This document shows positions 33,210-36,830 of a stretch of 36,830 bases of DNA, piece by piece. The stretch covers positions 1-36,830 of the forward strand of contig JASJQH010006932.1 of assembly GCA_040143965.1 (NCBI GenBank), written 5' to 3'. Each line of letters opens with the position of its first letter. Position 1 is the first letter of the stretch. The DNA is from Basidiobolus ranarum (Eukaryota). The notes beneath the pieces are model-generated. The model saw only the letters and a program-made list of their open reading frames with translations. It was not told where the DNA came from and did no database searches. A program made the position numbers and the translations under genes.

Positions 33210-35033
33210 TTATGAGTCGCTTGATGGGTCGCTCTTAAATACTTGATCGATCACTCCACCACCCAAGCACCAGTCGCCTTGGTAAACGACAACGTACTAG
33301 TAAGAAAAGTTAATATACACCGCCAACTTGGACATAAAAGTGCCACTGCTTACCTGACCAGGCACGACACCACGTTGATCATTATGAAATGAGAAGTGAT
33401 ACTGAGAATCGTTTGCTCTAACTATTTTACAACGCTCTACATTGCGTTTAAGGATTAATCTTTTGGGGAAACAGGAAAGCAAATGATCTGAAAATACCTG
33501 GATCTATACGATATCGAATTTGTGCCTCGGAATCAAATCCATCTCTTGAAATCTCTTTAGGCTCTCCATTAATCCAGAAGAAATCACGAGCAATGAGGGA
33601 GTCGGAAAAGAGCTTAGGGTGATCGCTATATTGCCATGCAAAGTTAGGGTTAGGATTGCAAAGTTAGCAATAAAATTGGAAATTGAGCTGTATTAATCCA
33701 CTACCTTCCTGGACCCACTATGATTCGATTCTTTTCAATATCTTTATCAATCACGAACCACCTTGAAGCATTAAATAATGAGTGAAGAGCAAAAGAACTT
33801 GGTGGGAATGAGTGAGCAAATACCTCTCACTTTGCCCCGACAGTTTGGCGCATTGTCCAATGGTAAGTGAAAATAATCCTTGATGTTTCCCCAGAGGCTT
33901 CCCTTCGGCATTGACAATTACACCGGGATTCTGGGGAATATATTCAGCTATAGATATATACAGATATAGGTTTGTTGCTTCATGTAAGATTCATTGTTAA
34001 CACTACATTCACTTCTGATGCTTGCTTACCAAGAAAATCGGAGAATCGTTTGCGTTTTCCCACAAAACAGATGCCCATGCTCTCCGCTTTATCTTTGGTT
34101 GCTAGATTGGCTTCGTTGGCAATCTCTCTGACTTGAGGTTTGGTCAGCTCACCTAATGGAAACATGGCCTTGGATAATGGTGAAGTGGTAAGCTAAATGA
34201 GTCTCTTTCGAAAGTGACCAACTCAGTTACCTGTCTCAATTTAGATTCGCCAACGTTAGCTAAGTAATAGCTCTGATCCTTATTGCGATCTATTCCACGA
34301 AAAAGTCTTATTTGATCGCCGGCCCTGACAACTCGAGCATAATGCCCTACGAGATATTCAGTAAAGTTATAAAATAAAAAGGGGCAGGTGGCTTGAGTTT
34401 AACCTGTAGCTAGCCATTCGCCAACACCTTCCAAAGCACGCTCCATCAAAGTGCCGAATTTGATTTCTCGATTGCATAATATATCCGGATTAGGTGTCAC
34501 ACCTTTAGCGTAGTCGCTTAATACACGCTCGAATACTTCAGTCCAGTATTCTTTAGTAAAATCCAGCTGGGAATTACAGTTAGCACCGTTTTCCAATACA
34601 GGTGGGGGAAAATGAAAAATATTACTCTTCGACAAGGGATTTTTAACTGTTCACACACGCGTTGTACATCCTTCCAATCTTCTTCACTGGTACATACTCC
34701 TTGCTCATCTGAAGTATCCCAATTACGCATATATACAGCGTCCACGTCAAAACCCTATCAGAATTCACCTTATTTAATTACTGTTTTCGAGATATTTACT
34801 TTTGTTTCTGTCAAGTACCTGTTTTTTTAACAAATATGCAGTTACGCTAGAATCTACACCACCCGACATTGCGACTACCACTATAATTGAAGATCGGAAT
34901 GAATTCTGCGTGTTTTCAAAGGAATTTTGATCGTGTCCTAACCTTTTTCTCCAGGCTTTGGGCCATACCTGTGGATAGAAGACAAGTACCGTCTATGTAT
35001 GAGCTTTTTATATGGCACTCTTCTAAAAAACAT
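33210..35033 (-). CDS. TRMU: Mitochondrial tRNA 2-thiouridylase (MnmA/TRMU/Slm3), many exons
   Basis: Arg-rich presequence [21 protein letters not shown]-loop [54 protein letters not shown], and VVPGQ...CLGGGVI. Confidence 0.95.
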
Positions 35034-35302
35034 TCAACAAGTTGACAAAGCCAAAAGTCAAAATATTCGCTATGCCACCAATAATTTTTTGAACGAGCTA
35101 ATTTGCAAATACCTGTGACACAACGGAGGTCACGTGAGTACAAGTATTCAAACAGTCCTTGGATTATCAGTTCACTTTTCAATTTCCATTTTTATTTACA
35201 AACAATTCATTGAAGAAGAATAATGATGCTGAGCAAGGGAGCGGCAATTCAATTAGTTCAAATCCTTTGAGACTACTAATATCTATCTCTGTGCTGAAGC
35301 GT

Positions 35303-36150
35303 CTATTCAAAGAAGTCATCTTGTTCAGCTTTTTCGGCTTCTTGACCCTTGGATTTCTTGTGGGATTTGGAGGTTTCAGCTCTATCAAATGTATCATAGC
35401 TTTGTTCGTTTACGTCTGGTAATTCGTTTTTATCCATCATCGAGCGAATCTTCTCTCGAATTTCTTCACGGCGCTTAACCACCTCGGGATCATCTCCATT
35501 TTCTTTAGGGAATAGAGAAATGTATTTATCAAGGCGAGGGTAATGCTATATACATGTAGGGTTAGGGTTGTTTGCTAATGTACTCATACTATGTGAAACT
35601 ATACGCACCAGAATGTAATTGAGGTTAACCTGATGCTCTTTAAGCTCTTTTTCAATGGCCTTACGTTCCTTAGTTTTAAGATCCTCTTCCGATAACTTTT
35701 TCTCACATTGCTTGATCTTACGTGTCACCTTTTGTCGTTCTGTTGTCGTATTAGTATAGTGGCTTTGGAAATTATGTAATTACTATACTTCACATACCAA
35801 AGAATTTGATCATGCGGTACTTAGTAGTAAGCTTCTTCTCCTTTTCAGTGAGTTGCAATTCATCAAGTTGTAATTGAATCGCTTTAAGTTTACGTTCAGC
35901 ATTAACGCGAACATCTGCTCCTAATTTATCCTGATATTTTGAAAGTTAGCGTAACGAACAAACGTGCTTATTGCCTGTTTCCAAACAGATCCTTTAGTCG
36001 CATACTGACCTTTTTCAATAGACGCTGAGTATCTCTAAGCTTCTTTTTCAGCTGTGAGGCACTCTCATTCTCAGGTTTCTTTGGGATGTACTTGAAAGGA
36101 CGCTTATCCGTTTTTCCTTGTTCACCTCTGGAGCTTGGTACTTTTGGCAT
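35303..36150 (-). CDS. EFG1: rRNA-processing protein Efg1, 4 exons
   Basis: LKKKLRDTQRLLKK, KYRMIKFF-ERQKVTRKIKQ, NLNYIL-HYPRLDKYISLFP, and a C-terminal DDFFE*. This is the nucleolar Efg1, not the Candida APSES factor. Confidence 0.9.
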
Positions 36151-36564
36151 GGTAAACAAGATAAAGGCAGACCGTAGAAAAGAAACTATACGATAATGAT
36201 AAAGCAAGCTTGATATTGTAAATAATTTTTTTCTGTCATATAATTGATGGGAAAATAGCTTCTTTTCGCTTCAGCAAATAAAATGTGACTGTGTTGGCAG
36301 TTTTTTTTCACAACATCGATAATTTTATTTGTGATTGATGTATTAACAATACAATGTTCATTTCTGATGTTATGGAAATGTGGCTATAATATAAATATCA
36401 AAATAATACTTGCCAATTTCTAGAAATTTGAAGAAGTCTCTGGGGATATTCAATATAATACTAGTAAAGTTACTATGTCTGTCTAATGGTGTTTGAACAT
36501 TTGCTATGTGAGAGTTTAAGGGTTTAAAAGATAAGCCCTGCTGGTATTAATGTTGCGAATCGGT

Positions 36565-36830
36565 TTAAACACAAATAGTGATGACCTGCATGATACTGGG
36601 GATAGGAATGGCTATCGGTTCCTCACAGAAGCTACCATCATCAGCTTGCTGAAGTTTAGGCCCATCGTTGCCTTTTCCATACTTGGGTCTTCTGTATGGG
36701 ATCTCGGCTCTAGCAACTAGACGAGTATGTTCATTACTATCTTCCTGGATTTGTTGGTTGTTGGCGAAGAGTGCTGCATCTTTTCCGTCTTTACCGTCCT
36801 TGCCATCCTTCCCATCTTTACCGTCTTTAC
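36565..36830 (-). CDS. 3' end of a collagen-like (Gly-Lys-Asp)n protein, truncated by the window edge
   Basis: Minus frame reads (G)KDGKDGKDGKDGKDGKD-AALFANNQQ...PIAIPIPSIMQVITICV*. The varied synonymous codons in the repeat argue for a coding sequence. Confidence 0.65.
   Translation of the reverse strand, partial: KDGKDGKDGKDGKDGKDAALFANNQQIQEDSNEHTRLVARAEIPYRRPKYGKGNDGPKLQQADDGSFCEEPIAIPIPSIMQVITICV

Noticed and set aside
34969-34989. Apparent 21-nt GT-AG intron in TRMU exon 1
   Set aside because: Too short; it reads through in frame as RYLSSIHR, which fits a mitochondrial presequence

Overview
Gene-dense, AT-rich eukaryotic DNA with many short (~55-90 nt) GT-AG introns. It is most consistent with an intron-rich early-diverging fungus (Zoopagomycota/Mucoromycota-like; this is inference from gene style only). 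From left to right: a CpG-depleted probable transposon relic; a secreted tyrosinase; an unannotated protein that looks like a catalytically dead USP-fold domain fused to a PHD finger; a Gti1/Pac2 (WOPR) transcription factor; a Myb/SANT-like protein; EXO84; cyclophilin PPIL3; a GCIP/CCNDBP1-like gene; then a run of translation and ribosome genes (ACL4, RPL7, DPH7, RPL6, eIF3e ... RPC19, mitochondrial MnmA/TRMU, EFG1) interrupted by three intronless tandem 7TM-RGS receptor genes; and the 3' end of a (Gly-Lys-Asp)n collagen-like gene. The most notable observations are: (1) 7TM-RGS copies 2 and 3 share a near-identical sensor domain but have divergent RGS domains, and copy 1 lacks the conserved RGS Asn; (2) RPL7 intron 2 holds two snR39B-like box C/D snoRNAs; (3) RPL7 intron 1 folds into a large multi-hairpin RNA whose closing stem covers the 3' splice-site pyrimidine tract; (4) the pseudo-USP-PHD fusion. 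Exon boundaries were read by hand, and family assignments come from motif recognition, not database searches.
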